Assembly: GCA_030167865.1 (NCBI GenBank)
Contig: JALAGF010001625.1
Span: 58,644 to 78,643 of the forward strand
DNA length: 20,000 nt
Direction: 5' to 3'
Origin: Craspedostauros australis
Taxonomy: Eukaryota
The translations under genes and the position numbers were made by a program. Positions 9,542-18,239 of this stretch are shown in pieces (within the stretch, counting starts at the first letter, position 1; the number at the start of each line of letters is the position of its first letter). The notes under the pieces are model-generated. The model was not told the origin of the DNA. It did no database searches and saw only the letters and a program-made list of their open reading frames with translations.

Positions 9542-9804
9542 GTTGGTATGGTGTCGCGTCAGATGATGATGCTTTCTAGTCAGCGTCTGATAGCCTGTTG
9601 ATGGGTACGATGATGAGAGTGGCCGAGCTGGTCGTTTCGCAAGCCGTCGTACAGGACGACTATGGCATGATGAGTCATTGAACACAAGCGGATTGCTCAC
9701 TCAACGCACCTACTATACCATTCCATCTTCTCTCTCTCTCTCTCTGTCTCACTGTCTCTTTGTGCCGTGATCGACCAACACTCCATCGCTTATCCAAGAA
9801 TCGC

Positions 9805-9840
9805 GAGGACCACGAGGACCACGAGGACCACGAGGACCAC
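9805..9840. repeat. (GAGGACCAC)4 just upstream of the cyclophilin-like start, probably 5' UTR
   Basis: Four perfect 9-bp units directly before AAGGGCACCATG. A (CT)n tract at about 9729-9745 lies upstream. Confidence 0.9.
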
Positions 9841-9849
9841 AAGGGCACC

Positions 9850-11004
9850 ATGATGCAACGAAAAAAGCTGTCAAATCTCAGCAACCGCGTCACTGCGCAA
9901 AGATCCACACAAAGCAAAGCCTGCCTTGGCTTTGGTTTGTTGGCCATCGCCTCTGGCTTCGCGGTCCTCCTCGTCTCCTTCTGGACATTCTCCATCATCA
10001 ATCTCACCACGGAGACCAGCAGCTTGGGTGGCAGAAGCGACAATGTTCTTGACAGTAGCAGCAATGGCCATCGCAAAGGCGAGATGAGCGACGCCGAAAA
10101 GATGCTCTTGCGAAAACAGAGGCGGAACCACGATGGTCGACCGTCGATGACGCATGTGAACTTCACCAACGACGCGTTCCATCACCTTCAAGACACACAA
10201 CAGAAGGGATCTTCGGCGGTCGGGCAAGAAGACGATGGTACAGCATCTACCTTGCACCAAGCATCAGCAACAGCATCAGCAACAGCATCAGCAACAGTGT
10301 GCCCCAACCAGAATATTCTCAAGGACCTGACCGAGCGAGAATTGCATCCGCGTGCTGGAGCCAGGCACATGGTGGATCCCCCCGCAGGTGGAAACGTGAC
10401 TCTGGTTTGCTGCAAGACTACTGCCGGTCCCCTCAGCATCCTCATCCATCACAAGTGGGCGCCGCTGGGCGCACAGCGGGTGCTGGAGATGATCACATCT
10501 GGTTACATGAGCAAGCCGATACCCCTCATGCGTTGTATCCGAAACTTTATCTGCCAATTCGGTCTGCACTCCCTCGAGGAGTACAACAAACGGAAGCATC
10601 CCACGTTCGGAAAGTTTGCCCAATCGTTTCCGGACGACCCCAACTGGCTGCCCGAGGGAAAGCTGCATCGGGTGAACGACCAGGGCGTCAAGCGATTTGC
10701 CAAGGGGTACTTTGCGTTTGCTGGCGGGGGCAAGAGCAGCCGCACAAAGCAGCTCATCGTTGCGTTGAAAGAGAACCCTGGCCTCGCGGGGGGATCTCCG
10801 TGGGAGGTGCCGTGGGGTGAGGCAGTCGGCGAGTACTCCTTCCGCACGCTGAGTGCCATCAGTACCGCATACGGCGAGAAAGGGCCACCGCAGGGCAAGC
10901 TCATGAACCATGGATTCACGGCAGAGATGGCGCAACAGTACCCCGATTTGGACATGTTGGAGCAATGCACAGTCGTCGATCAGGTCAATCTGGATGTCAT
11001 ATAG
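9850..11004 (+). CDS. Cyclophilin-like peptidyl-prolyl isomerase domain protein with N-terminal type II membrane anchor (~384 aa)
   Basis: A basic N-terminus is followed by a hydrophobic helix (ACLGFGLLAIASGFAVLLVSFWTFSII, ~9919-9999) and a low-complexity stem. The domain reads CKTTAGPLSILIHHKWAPLGAQR...LMRCIRNFICQFG...FAFAGGGKSSRTKQL...PWGE...YGEKGPPQG...YPDLD. R-x4-F-x2-Q (10531-10557) matches the cyclophilin A R55/F60/Q63 spacing. First ATG is 9850. Confidence 0.8.
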   Translation: MMQRKKLSNLSNRVTAQRSTQSKACLGFGLLAIASGFAVLLVSFWTFSIINLTTETSSLGGRSDNVLDSSSNGHRKGEMSDAEKMLLRKQRRNHDGRPSMTHVNFTNDAFHHLQDTQQKGSSAVGQEDDGTASTLHQASATASATASATVCPNQNILKDLTERELHPRAGARHMVDPPAGGNVTLVCCKTTAGPLSILIHHKWAPLGAQRVLEMITSGYMSKPIPLMRCIRNFICQFGLHSLEEYNKRKHPTFGKFAQSFPDDPNWLPEGKLHRVNDQGVKRFAKGYFAFAGGGKSSRTKQLIVALKENPGLAGGSPWEVPWGEAVGEYSFRTLSAISTAYGEKGPPQGKLMNHGFTAEMAQQYPDLDMLEQCTVVDQVNLDVI

Positions 11005-11025
11005 AGGATCGGACGGTGGTGGGAG

Positions 11026-11055
11026 AGTGGCTCATAAGTGGCTCATAAGTGGCTC
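11026..11055. repeat. 11-bp tandem repeat (AGTGGCTCATA) x2.7
   Basis: Read directly from the sequence, just after the stop codon at 11004. Confidence 0.85.
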
Positions 11056-11177
11056 GTGAGTGTATGTAAGGATGCAACGATTGGCGAGAATATTCGACCG
11101 TTTCCGCCATACTCGTAGCTCGTACTATACTCGTACCAGTGCACACAAAGCGCAAGCGTCGATCTTGCTGAGATCGA

Positions 11178-11309
11178 GCACGCTGAAAGGCACGCTGAAA
11201 GGCACGCTGAAAGGCACGCTGAAAGGCACGCTGAAAGGCACGCTGAAAGGCACGCTGAAAGGCACGCTGAAAGGCACGCTGAAAGGCACGCTGAAAGGCA
11301 CGCTGAAAG
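11178..11309. repeat. Perfect 12-bp minisatellite (GCACGCTGAAAG) x11
   Basis: Eleven identical units in the convergent spacer between genes 4 and 5. They produce the spurious TLKG/ACLS/SVPF ORFs. Confidence 0.97.
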
Positions 11310-11714
11310 ACACGTGCACCACGAAACCACTACTCCCCATCACGGTCGGCTTGCGATATAGCCTTTCATACTTCCCATCAGCCTCCTGCGAATACTGAGG
11401 AGAATGTTGCTTTCCGCGCGCTTGTGCATGCGTCTGCTCTGTGCTCAACTCTACGCGATACGTGTTCTATGTAAGCATGATTGTAGTTTGGATGAGACAT
11501 TGGATGTGAATTGATACTACGAGCAGGATAGCACGCTCCAGAGAGAGCGAGAGACACTTGATGGAACGCTGACTCTCACAGGAGAGGGCGGGCACAGGCC
11601 CACGCGCAGGCACATACCAATACTAACGCTAATACTGATGCTAATAGTAGTACGATTCCCCGACGAGTAAGGGTACATCAAGGAAGTCGATCCCAGCGGT
11701 CCGCCTCCTGGTCC

Positions 11715-14700
11715 TTATTCGTCATCCCAAAACCGTGTCAGCACCTTGCGCTTTGGTGCAGGTTGCGCCTGCACCATGTCCAGCTGCGGTTGATCGTACA
11801 CCCGTTCTCCGAACAATCGCCTGATGTTCATGGCGGTCAATTCCGAGAATGACACGGCCGTGGCGTCGGCTGCGAGCAGATCGTATCGGGGATACGTACC
11901 GACGAAGGCGACGGTCCTCATCTCCACATCCTGGCCTGCCAAGGCTGCGTTGGGCGTCGTATCGAAGACGGTGCACTGGTCGGGTCGGCGTTCCATCCGA
12001 AGCGCAGCGCCAAGAAGCTGCTGGCTGTCGCGGTCGTAGTTGTCATCTGCTGTCACGCAGTGCTCTGGCGGGATGACGTTTTGCAGACCAGCAAAGTCCA
12101 GCAGCATCAGCGCTTGATCTCGCGTCAGGTGAGATGTGATGCCGCAGCCCATTTCGACGTCGAGCAAGGATTTGATCCATTGATGGATCCCTGCGACTGG
12201 TGCCACAGCAGGTATGTCCGCCGCGTCATCGCGGATGCCTTCTCCGTCTCCATTGCGGCCCGCTCCGAAAGAAGACCCTTGGCTGCTGGCGTCCTTCCAT
12301 CTCGATCGCTTTGATGTGATTTGATCTCTGTACTCCTGCGCGATCTGAAGAGACTGCTCCATGTCATCCGCCCAACCAAAGCCGTTGAGGATAGCCTCCT
12401 CCGGGCCAACGGTCAAAGCAAAGAGCACGTCTTCATTGCTGGGCATCGCATAACCGCGCTTCCATGCCACCTCCGTCCACGCATCGAATGCCACCTTGAA
12501 CAACTCATCGGTGCTGGGTTCTGTTGATGCCGTGCTCGCGGTTCCTTGTGCGCCGTTCGCTCTCGATGATGCGGCGGCATCCATCAACGGTTTCGACGAC
12601 TCAGACGCCGCGATTCCGTTCAAGGCCTCTTCGTAAGTTGACGAGATCGTTCGGATCTGCTCATCATTAAAATTGTGCGTCCACGCCAATAACCGCCGCA
12701 CGGATTCGTCGGGCTGCATGCGCATCGTCAGCTCGATTTGATCGATGGACGGCGAGTCGAAGCCGTGCTTTGCGGCCGTAGTGGCCCACGCGCTGGCCTG
12801 CGCGTCAAGCAAAGCCTCAAGTTGCTGCTTCTGTGCTTGCGCTTGTTGCGACGAGTGTTTGCCTGGTTGCTTGGTAGCTGCTTGATCCGGACTTGGCAGA
12901 GCCGTGTTGAGTCCAACACCACCGGTTTCACGATCAACCAGTTCATGTGCTCGGCCGTGCACCTTGGTGTTGATGATCTCCGTCAATTTGGATTGGTACC
13001 TGTGCGCCAACTCCTGCGCCTTCACTGCGTCGTCCGTCCATCCAAAGCCATCCATGATGACGATCGCTGCGTCATTCAGAACAGCTGCCGCAAGGACGGC
13101 TTCGGGTTCCGGTTCCGGCTGGCCGATCTCCTTCGCCAGCTCGCTCCATGCCACGAATTGGATCTCCAGCATGTCATTCTCGTTGATTGCTTCGAGACGA
13201 GTACTGACGTTCACCGGTGCTCCCAGCGGCAAGTCGGATCCTGACCCAGATACTGGCTTTCTACCGTGGTCGTTACCATTGGATCGCTGTTCTCGCAGTT
13301 GCTGCATGAAATGACGGTACGCAGCAACGATGCGATCGACTTGATTCGGATCTGCTGACCATCCGAACATGGTCTGGACAGCGATGTCGGGCGACATGGC
13401 CGTGCTTTGGACGATGAGATCGAAGGGCGGGTTGGGAAAGCCGTACTTGTTGGCGGTTGCCTCCCATGCATGCTTCACGATCGACAGCCGTTCCTGCTCA
13501 TTCATCGCTGGGTTCGCTCGTGCGGCGGTTGAATGCCCCGATCCAAGTTCGGCTGCACCCATCGCTATGGGATTGATGTCGTTGGTATTTGCAGCGGAAG
13601 CGGAAGCATTGGATGCATCATCAACTGGCTTTTCGATACCATTTTGCTCCGCCCATTCATCGAACAGCAGCTGGAATTGCAGATCGTGCTCCTGTGCAAT
13701 CTCCCTGCTCTCCAACAGATCCTTCGTCCAATAGAAGACATCTCGGACCGCCACCTCGGACTGAACCACAGATGCGCGACGCGCATCTTCCACCGTCGGC
13801 AGCCGGACGGCGAACTTCTTGGCGACTGCTGTCCAGGCTCTATATGACAGCCCGGTGAGGTCCACAATCACGCCTTCCAATCGAAGGATGGCGCCGAATT
13901 CCTGGAACGGTTTGTTGATGCGCGGCATGTACTGCGAGACACCGGTAGCGTAAACGGAAGTCTTGTGATCGATGAGGTTGCTGACTTCGATGGTGCTGAG
14001 CTCCGTGTACTCCAGCAAGTGGCGTTTGCGCGCTTCGAAGCTTGTCATCCCCCACTCGTTGTTGCGTCCTCGGAAGTACTCGGTATCGTAGGAGTAATCT
14101 GCGTAGTCATCTGTCCCACGACCGCGACCAAGAGCGACGTTAATATCGATGCCCAGACCGCCGCCGCCTTTCTGACCCGATCGACGTCGCTGGTACTCAG
14201 CCAGTTGCCGCATGTTGTGATCGTACTTGTCGTCATCGAAGACATCGTCCATGTCGCGTCCCTGAAAAGTGTTGTCGTTCGCATTGGTCGATTGATCAGC
14301 GCCGCTGCTCCCACCGGATGCGATCCTGCCCGTCTCCTGTTCCTTGCGCAACCATTCTGGGATGCTTGCGTCACCGACGTCGTTGTCAGCATCGCTGTTG
14401 TCCTCTTCGTCCTCGTCATCATCGTCCTCAATCTCGTTGTTGGACAGAATTCCACCTCTATCGCTGTACTCACCCGCTTCAGCCGTAGTTTTGCGACGGA
14501 CGAATGTTGGCCGAGGCCCCAGCGACTGCAGTGCATCCTTGGCGTATTGGTCAACGTCGATTGCCTGTTGTTGCTGCTGCTCCTGCTGTTGTCCATCGGC
14601 GGTGTTGTCGGCGCTGTCCAACTGTTTGCGCATCTCTGCTTCCTTTGCCATGTAGGCTTCGAAGTCAGCCTTTTGCTCTTCCTTCAGGCTTGGGTCGTCC

Positions 14701-17700
14701 TTGACACGTCCACCTCCGACAGCAGAAATAGAACGGTACAATGACTCTGAGACTTCAGCAGCATCAAGTTCCGTCGATGGAACATAGGTGGTGTCGCTGT
14801 CGTCGCTGGCGCCACTACTCGCGCTCGTCAAATCTACTGAAGATGTGTCGTCTTGATTCGCTTGTGCCTGCGCCTGCGCTGGTGCTTGCGATGCGATGGC
14901 CGCCGCCGCCGATGCTTCCAGTCCGGCTGCAGAATCCCGCTTCGTTCGAGATGGTCTTGGACCGATCGATGCCAAGATCTTGTCGGCATCGACGTCGCCG
15001 TCCTCGCTGACGACTTCGGAAATATCGTACTTCAAATTCGTTGGGAGATCCGTGTTCGCATCGTCGACACCAATTCCACCATTGCTGCTTGTACTCCTTT
15101 CGCCGTCACCACTTTCGTCGCTTCGGTCGGTCGAGGATAGTCCCGACATTTGCCGTCTTTCCGTCTCGAACTGTTGGAAGGCTTGCCATTGAGCTTTCAG
15201 CTCTTCCTTTTCTTCCGTCGTTTTCGCTCCAGCTCTCCTGTACATCGCGCGTAGTTTCTGTTCTTCCAGAGTGCCCAATTTGGAGACCGCCAGCTCGTCA
15301 TCTTCGATCGGAGCAGTGCCATCTTCAATGAGACTTTCAGTGCTATCACCTTCATACTCGTATGTGACTTCGTCCTCCTGAAAGAATGGTGTGTTCGGCG
15401 GCGGCCGTGTCGCCGACGGTTGCGGGACCGTTGCCTCCATGGGGGTTTGCTGGAGATCATCCTGAAAGAATGGTGTGTTTGGAGGTGTGGATGACACTGT
15501 TGTTGGCATTTCTGGGTCTCTTGACGAAACTCCATCGTCGTTCGCTCCCACCCTTCCTTCATCGGCAGATGGGAAGGACCAAGATGGGGGTGAGATGGTT
15601 TGGATTGGCTGGGAAGGCTTGTTATCGTAGCGACTGTCGTCGTCGGTTGCGTCATCCGATGATTGTCCAAACACATCTGAGAAATCCACGGGTTGGACAT
15701 CCTTGACCTGGTCGGCTCCTTCATTATCCTCTGGCTCCCTGTTGTCGATTGCGGATTGGAGGTAGTCAATTTCGGATTGCAGTTTGGTGATGCGAGATGG
15801 ATCGGTTGTTTTGGATATCAAGTCCCTCAGCGCGACAATGGCCTGTTGGTTCATGTCCGGGTCCGCTTGCGATGGTGCCTTCCATGCGGGCGTGGACGTA
15901 GACGTGGGCGTGGATGCACCATCTGCATTGGCGTCCTGGGCTGTCTCCGAGGTGGCGCTGCCTCGTGACAGCGGTGGGATCACTGACTTCCTTGGAGGTT
16001 CGTGCCATTCGAAGGGCATCTTTGGATTCTGCTCCGAAGATAGGCCGAATAGTTGCCTTGACTTTTCCTCCTCCGACACGTAGCGCTTCCAAGATTCCAA
16101 CTTGGCCGCGATCTCGGCTTCGTCGTCGCTATCGACGGTGTTGGCGCTGAGGTTGGTGACGCCGCCGCCGCCGCCGGTCTGACCTTCCGTGTCTTTTGCG
16201 TTGGAACGGGTCGCGGTTGCGATGGATCTGTACATCTGCCATTCCTTCATGGTCTCTGGGCGGATGGTTCCTTTGTTGGCCTCCTTGTCGATTTGTGATC
16301 TAAGCTCTTCGATGGTATCCTCGAGGATGTCCGAAACGGCCGTTTCATCAACGTCATCCTCAGAATCGGCCTGGCCTGTGCTCGCGCTCGCGCCAGTGCT
16401 TGTTGCCATTGCGCTGACGTAGTAGCCTGTCTCGTAGCTATTGCCGGAGCTGCTGCCATTGCCGTTGCTGTTGGTGTCCGAAGCGTCCATGTCTGTGCTT
16501 TGCGATCGTTTGGCCAACATTTCCTCGAGGCTTTGCAAGGCCCATTCGTCCAAGTCTTGCGTTTCGGAAGGGATTGCTGGCACTGTTGACGATGTTGCAG
16601 ATGTGGGCGAGGATGTTGAGGACGCTCCTGCTGCTGATGATGGTGACGACGACGAATTGTTGGCGGCTTTCGCAGGAGCACCGTCGTCGTGTTGTTGTTG
16701 TTGTTGTTGTGTGGCGTAGTACTCCTGGAACTCATCGTATTGTTGCTGCATGTGCAGGTTACGATCGTACTCCTGCTCTGCCTCCTTGAGGATGGACTCT
16801 GCGATGTCTGTGGTCTCATCGGCCCCAATGAATGTGAGCTCCATCTCCTCCTCGAGGAGCCGCTCGTACTCCTGCAATCGTTCCATTGCCATTTTCCGCT
16901 TTTCGGATTTGAGGGTGCGGTCCAGCTCCTGTTGGATGATGGAATCCACGATCCCTTCGGCATTGTCGGGAATACTGAATTGCTTCTCGTCGTCTTTCAT
17001 ATCTGCATCAAAGGAAGGAGTCTTGCTGGCATCAGCCCCGCCGTCTCTACCTAAGGGAGAGCTGACGTCTTCTCGTGATGGTTCGAGCAGCACATCGAGA
17101 GCGGCATCAAGGTTGGCCGGAGAAGTGGGGAGAGTTTGGTCCAGTTGTTGCTCCTGCCCCTGCTGCTGTTGAAGATGCTGATTTTGATTGCGTTCATTAC
17201 GGATGCTCTGCTTCATCTCATCCTGGATGGTGGCGTAATCTTTTCTGATGCCCTGTTCCTCTTTGTGAAACCACGAATCATCTTTTTGTTGCTGCTGCTG
17301 CTGCTGTGATTGTGTTGGTATATCGCCATCTTTACTGTTATTGTCATCGCTCATGTTCGGCAGCGGAAGCTTTGCGGTCGGATCACGCTCTTCCTCAACT
17401 GATGCAGCCCCACCGGCAGTAAGGATATCATCCAACGACGGCATGCCTTCGAAGAGACTATCGAAACTGGTGGCGACGACCTTGGGGGTGTCCTCGTTGG
17501 CATCATCTGTGCTATCCTTGGTATCTTCAGAATCTGCTTGATCGTCGATGGAGATTGGTTGCACCTTGGCCTTGGAAGCTTGCGTGGGCGAGTTATTGGT
17601 TGACATCCACGGGAAGATTCGATCTCTTTTGCGCACCCGTTCCGCATCCGACTCATCCTGCGTGCCGTATCGGTTTGGATAGCCAGCACCAACATTTCCT

Positions 17701-18239
17701 GTGCTAGTATTTTCATTGCCGCGGCCACGGCCACTGAGCTGTTGTTGCCGGCGTGTGAGGAATTCGTACAGGTCATCGGTGGTCGGAGATTGTCGTTGGG
17801 CAGTTTCGTTGGTTCCATCTTCTTCATCCCCACTGATACCATCGCTGTTGCCGTACCCACGTGACTCGTCTTCGTCTGGTCTAAATGACATGAATGCGAC
17901 GATCGAAGATCCTTTCACGATTGACGAATCCAGAGCGAGACGAGGGTGATGGCGGTGCTGAATTTGGGTTTGTCCGAATGCATTGCTCTGCATGCGTGAT
18001 GTCGAATGGACTGGCAATGGAACGGTGAAAGCATCTGCACCTGCGCCAGTGTTTGCACCTGAAATGGCCATCGTGGCGGTTAGCGCAAGCCCGGTGATTG
18101 CTGCGAGTCCGTACCGGGGTCGATGCGTCGGAATTGGCACTGGAATCTGATTGCCACCATGATCATGCTCATTCCGGTGTTCATTCTCATGTTCGTGGCG
18201 CTCCTGGCGGCGGCTGATGCAATTGCGCCGTCGAATCAT
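11715..18239 (-). CDS. Large, probably plastid-targeted protein (~2174 aa): acidic low-complexity N-terminal region plus a C-terminal degenerate HAD-superfamily (CbbY/beta-PGM/PYRP2-like) domain with 5 tandem cap repeats
   Basis: Uninterrupted 6.5-kb ORF with first ATG at 18239 (18392 is TTG). Hydrophobic YGLAAITGLALTATMAISG then ADA|FTVP, an ASAF-like motif (Phe at 18027-18029). HAD motif-I region FGAILRLEGVIVD (~13860-13898). C-terminal HAD core GIHQWIKSL...CGITSHL...AALRMERRPDQCTVFD...YDLLAADA...FSELTAMNIRRLF. Confidence 0.85.
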   Translation of the reverse strand: MIRRRNCISRRQERHEHENEHRNEHDHGGNQIPVPIPTHRPRYGLAAITGLALTATMAISGANTGAGADAFTVPLPVHSTSRMQSNAFGQTQIQHRHHPRLALDSSIVKGSSIVAFMSFRPDEDESRGYGNSDGISGDEEDGTNETAQRQSPTTDDLYEFLTRRQQQLSGRGRGNENTSTGNVGAGYPNRYGTQDESDAERVRKRDRIFPWMSTNNSPTQASKAKVQPISIDDQADSEDTKDSTDDANEDTPKVVATSFDSLFEGMPSLDDILTAGGAASVEEERDPTAKLPLPNMSDDNNSKDGDIPTQSQQQQQQQKDDSWFHKEEQGIRKDYATIQDEMKQSIRNERNQNQHLQQQQGQEQQLDQTLPTSPANLDAALDVLLEPSREDVSSPLGRDGGADASKTPSFDADMKDDEKQFSIPDNAEGIVDSIIQQELDRTLKSEKRKMAMERLQEYERLLEEEMELTFIGADETTDIAESILKEAEQEYDRNLHMQQQYDEFQEYYATQQQQQQHDDGAPAKAANNSSSSPSSAAGASSTSSPTSATSSTVPAIPSETQDLDEWALQSLEEMLAKRSQSTDMDASDTNSNGNGSSSGNSYETGYYVSAMATSTGASASTGQADSEDDVDETAVSDILEDTIEELRSQIDKEANKGTIRPETMKEWQMYRSIATATRSNAKDTEGQTGGGGGVTNLSANTVDSDDEAEIAAKLESWKRYVSEEEKSRQLFGLSSEQNPKMPFEWHEPPRKSVIPPLSRGSATSETAQDANADGASTPTSTSTPAWKAPSQADPDMNQQAIVALRDLISKTTDPSRITKLQSEIDYLQSAIDNREPEDNEGADQVKDVQPVDFSDVFGQSSDDATDDDSRYDNKPSQPIQTISPPSWSFPSADEGRVGANDDGVSSRDPEMPTTVSSTPPNTPFFQDDLQQTPMEATVPQPSATRPPPNTPFFQEDEVTYEYEGDSTESLIEDGTAPIEDDELAVSKLGTLEEQKLRAMYRRAGAKTTEEKEELKAQWQAFQQFETERRQMSGLSSTDRSDESGDGERSTSSNGGIGVDDANTDLPTNLKYDISEVVSEDGDVDADKILASIGPRPSRTKRDSAAGLEASAAAAIASQAPAQAQAQANQDDTSSVDLTSASSGASDDSDTTYVPSTELDAAEVSESLYRSISAVGGGRVKDDPSLKEEQKADFEAYMAKEAEMRKQLDSADNTADGQQQEQQQQQAIDVDQYAKDALQSLGPRPTFVRRKTTAEAGEYSDRGGILSNNEIEDDDDEDEEDNSDADNDVGDASIPEWLRKEQETGRIASGGSSGADQSTNANDNTFQGRDMDDVFDDDKYDHNMRQLAEYQRRRSGQKGGGGLGIDINVALGRGRGTDDYADYSYDTEYFRGRNNEWGMTSFEARKRHLLEYTELSTIEVSNLIDHKTSVYATGVSQYMPRINKPFQEFGAILRLEGVIVDLTGLSYRAWTAVAKKFAVRLPTVEDARRASVVQSEVAVRDVFYWTKDLLESREIAQEHDLQFQLLFDEWAEQNGIEKPVDDASNASASAANTNDINPIAMGAAELGSGHSTAARANPAMNEQERLSIVKHAWEATANKYGFPNPPFDLIVQSTAMSPDIAVQTMFGWSADPNQVDRIVAAYRHFMQQLREQRSNGNDHGRKPVSGSGSDLPLGAPVNVSTRLEAINENDMLEIQFVAWSELAKEIGQPEPEPEAVLAAAVLNDAAIVIMDGFGWTDDAVKAQELAHRYQSKLTEIINTKVHGRAHELVDRETGGVGLNTALPSPDQAATKQPGKHSSQQAQAQKQQLEALLDAQASAWATTAAKHGFDSPSIDQIELTMRMQPDESVRRLLAWTHNFNDEQIRTISSTYEEALNGIAASESSKPLMDAAASSRANGAQGTASTASTEPSTDELFKVAFDAWTEVAWKRGYAMPSNEDVLFALTVGPEEAILNGFGWADDMEQSLQIAQEYRDQITSKRSRWKDASSQGSSFGAGRNGDGEGIRDDAADIPAVAPVAGIHQWIKSLLDVEMGCGITSHLTRDQALMLLDFAGLQNVIPPEHCVTADDNYDRDSQQLLGAALRMERRPDQCTVFDTTPNAALAGQDVEMRTVAFVGTYPRYDLLAADATAVSFSELTAMNIRRLFGERVYDQPQLDMVQAQPAPKRKVLTRFWDDE
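18027..18239 (-). other. Putative bipartite plastid-targeting presequence (signal peptide + ASAF-type cleavage site)
   Basis: A hydrophobic stretch precedes A-D-A|F, followed by a Ser/Thr/Arg-rich transit-like region (FTVPLPVHSTSRMQS...). The n-region is unusually long (~40 aa), so the start is uncertain. Confidence 0.6.

Noticed and set aside
9254-9601. 115-aa ORF with a hydrophobic stretch and YYYTDA repeats
   Set aside because: It has a TTG start, the repeats come from the 18-bp tandem repeat, and I recognise no family. A small peptide cannot be fully excluded without RNA-seq.
11310-11317. ACACGTGC, resembling the reported diatom low-iron promoter motif
   Set aside because: It lies between two 3' ends rather than upstream of a gene, and a single 8-mer can occur by chance.
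11043-11448. ORFs encoding (ACLS)n, (TLKG)n and (SVPF)n
   Set aside because: These are translations of the 12-bp minisatellite in different frames, with no domain content.
1892-17949. Many overlapping antisense or alternate-frame ORFs within the long genes (e.g. 5373-6173, 10288-10965, 13965-14744, 16247-16963)
   Set aside because: These are shadow ORFs expected from GC-rich codon bias, and none carries recognisable motifs.
3-18239. The five genes as one co-functional biosynthetic or iron cluster
   Set aside because: Orientations are mixed, the predicted compartments are unrelated, and there are no tailoring enzymes or PPTase. Only synteny or co-expression data could support it.
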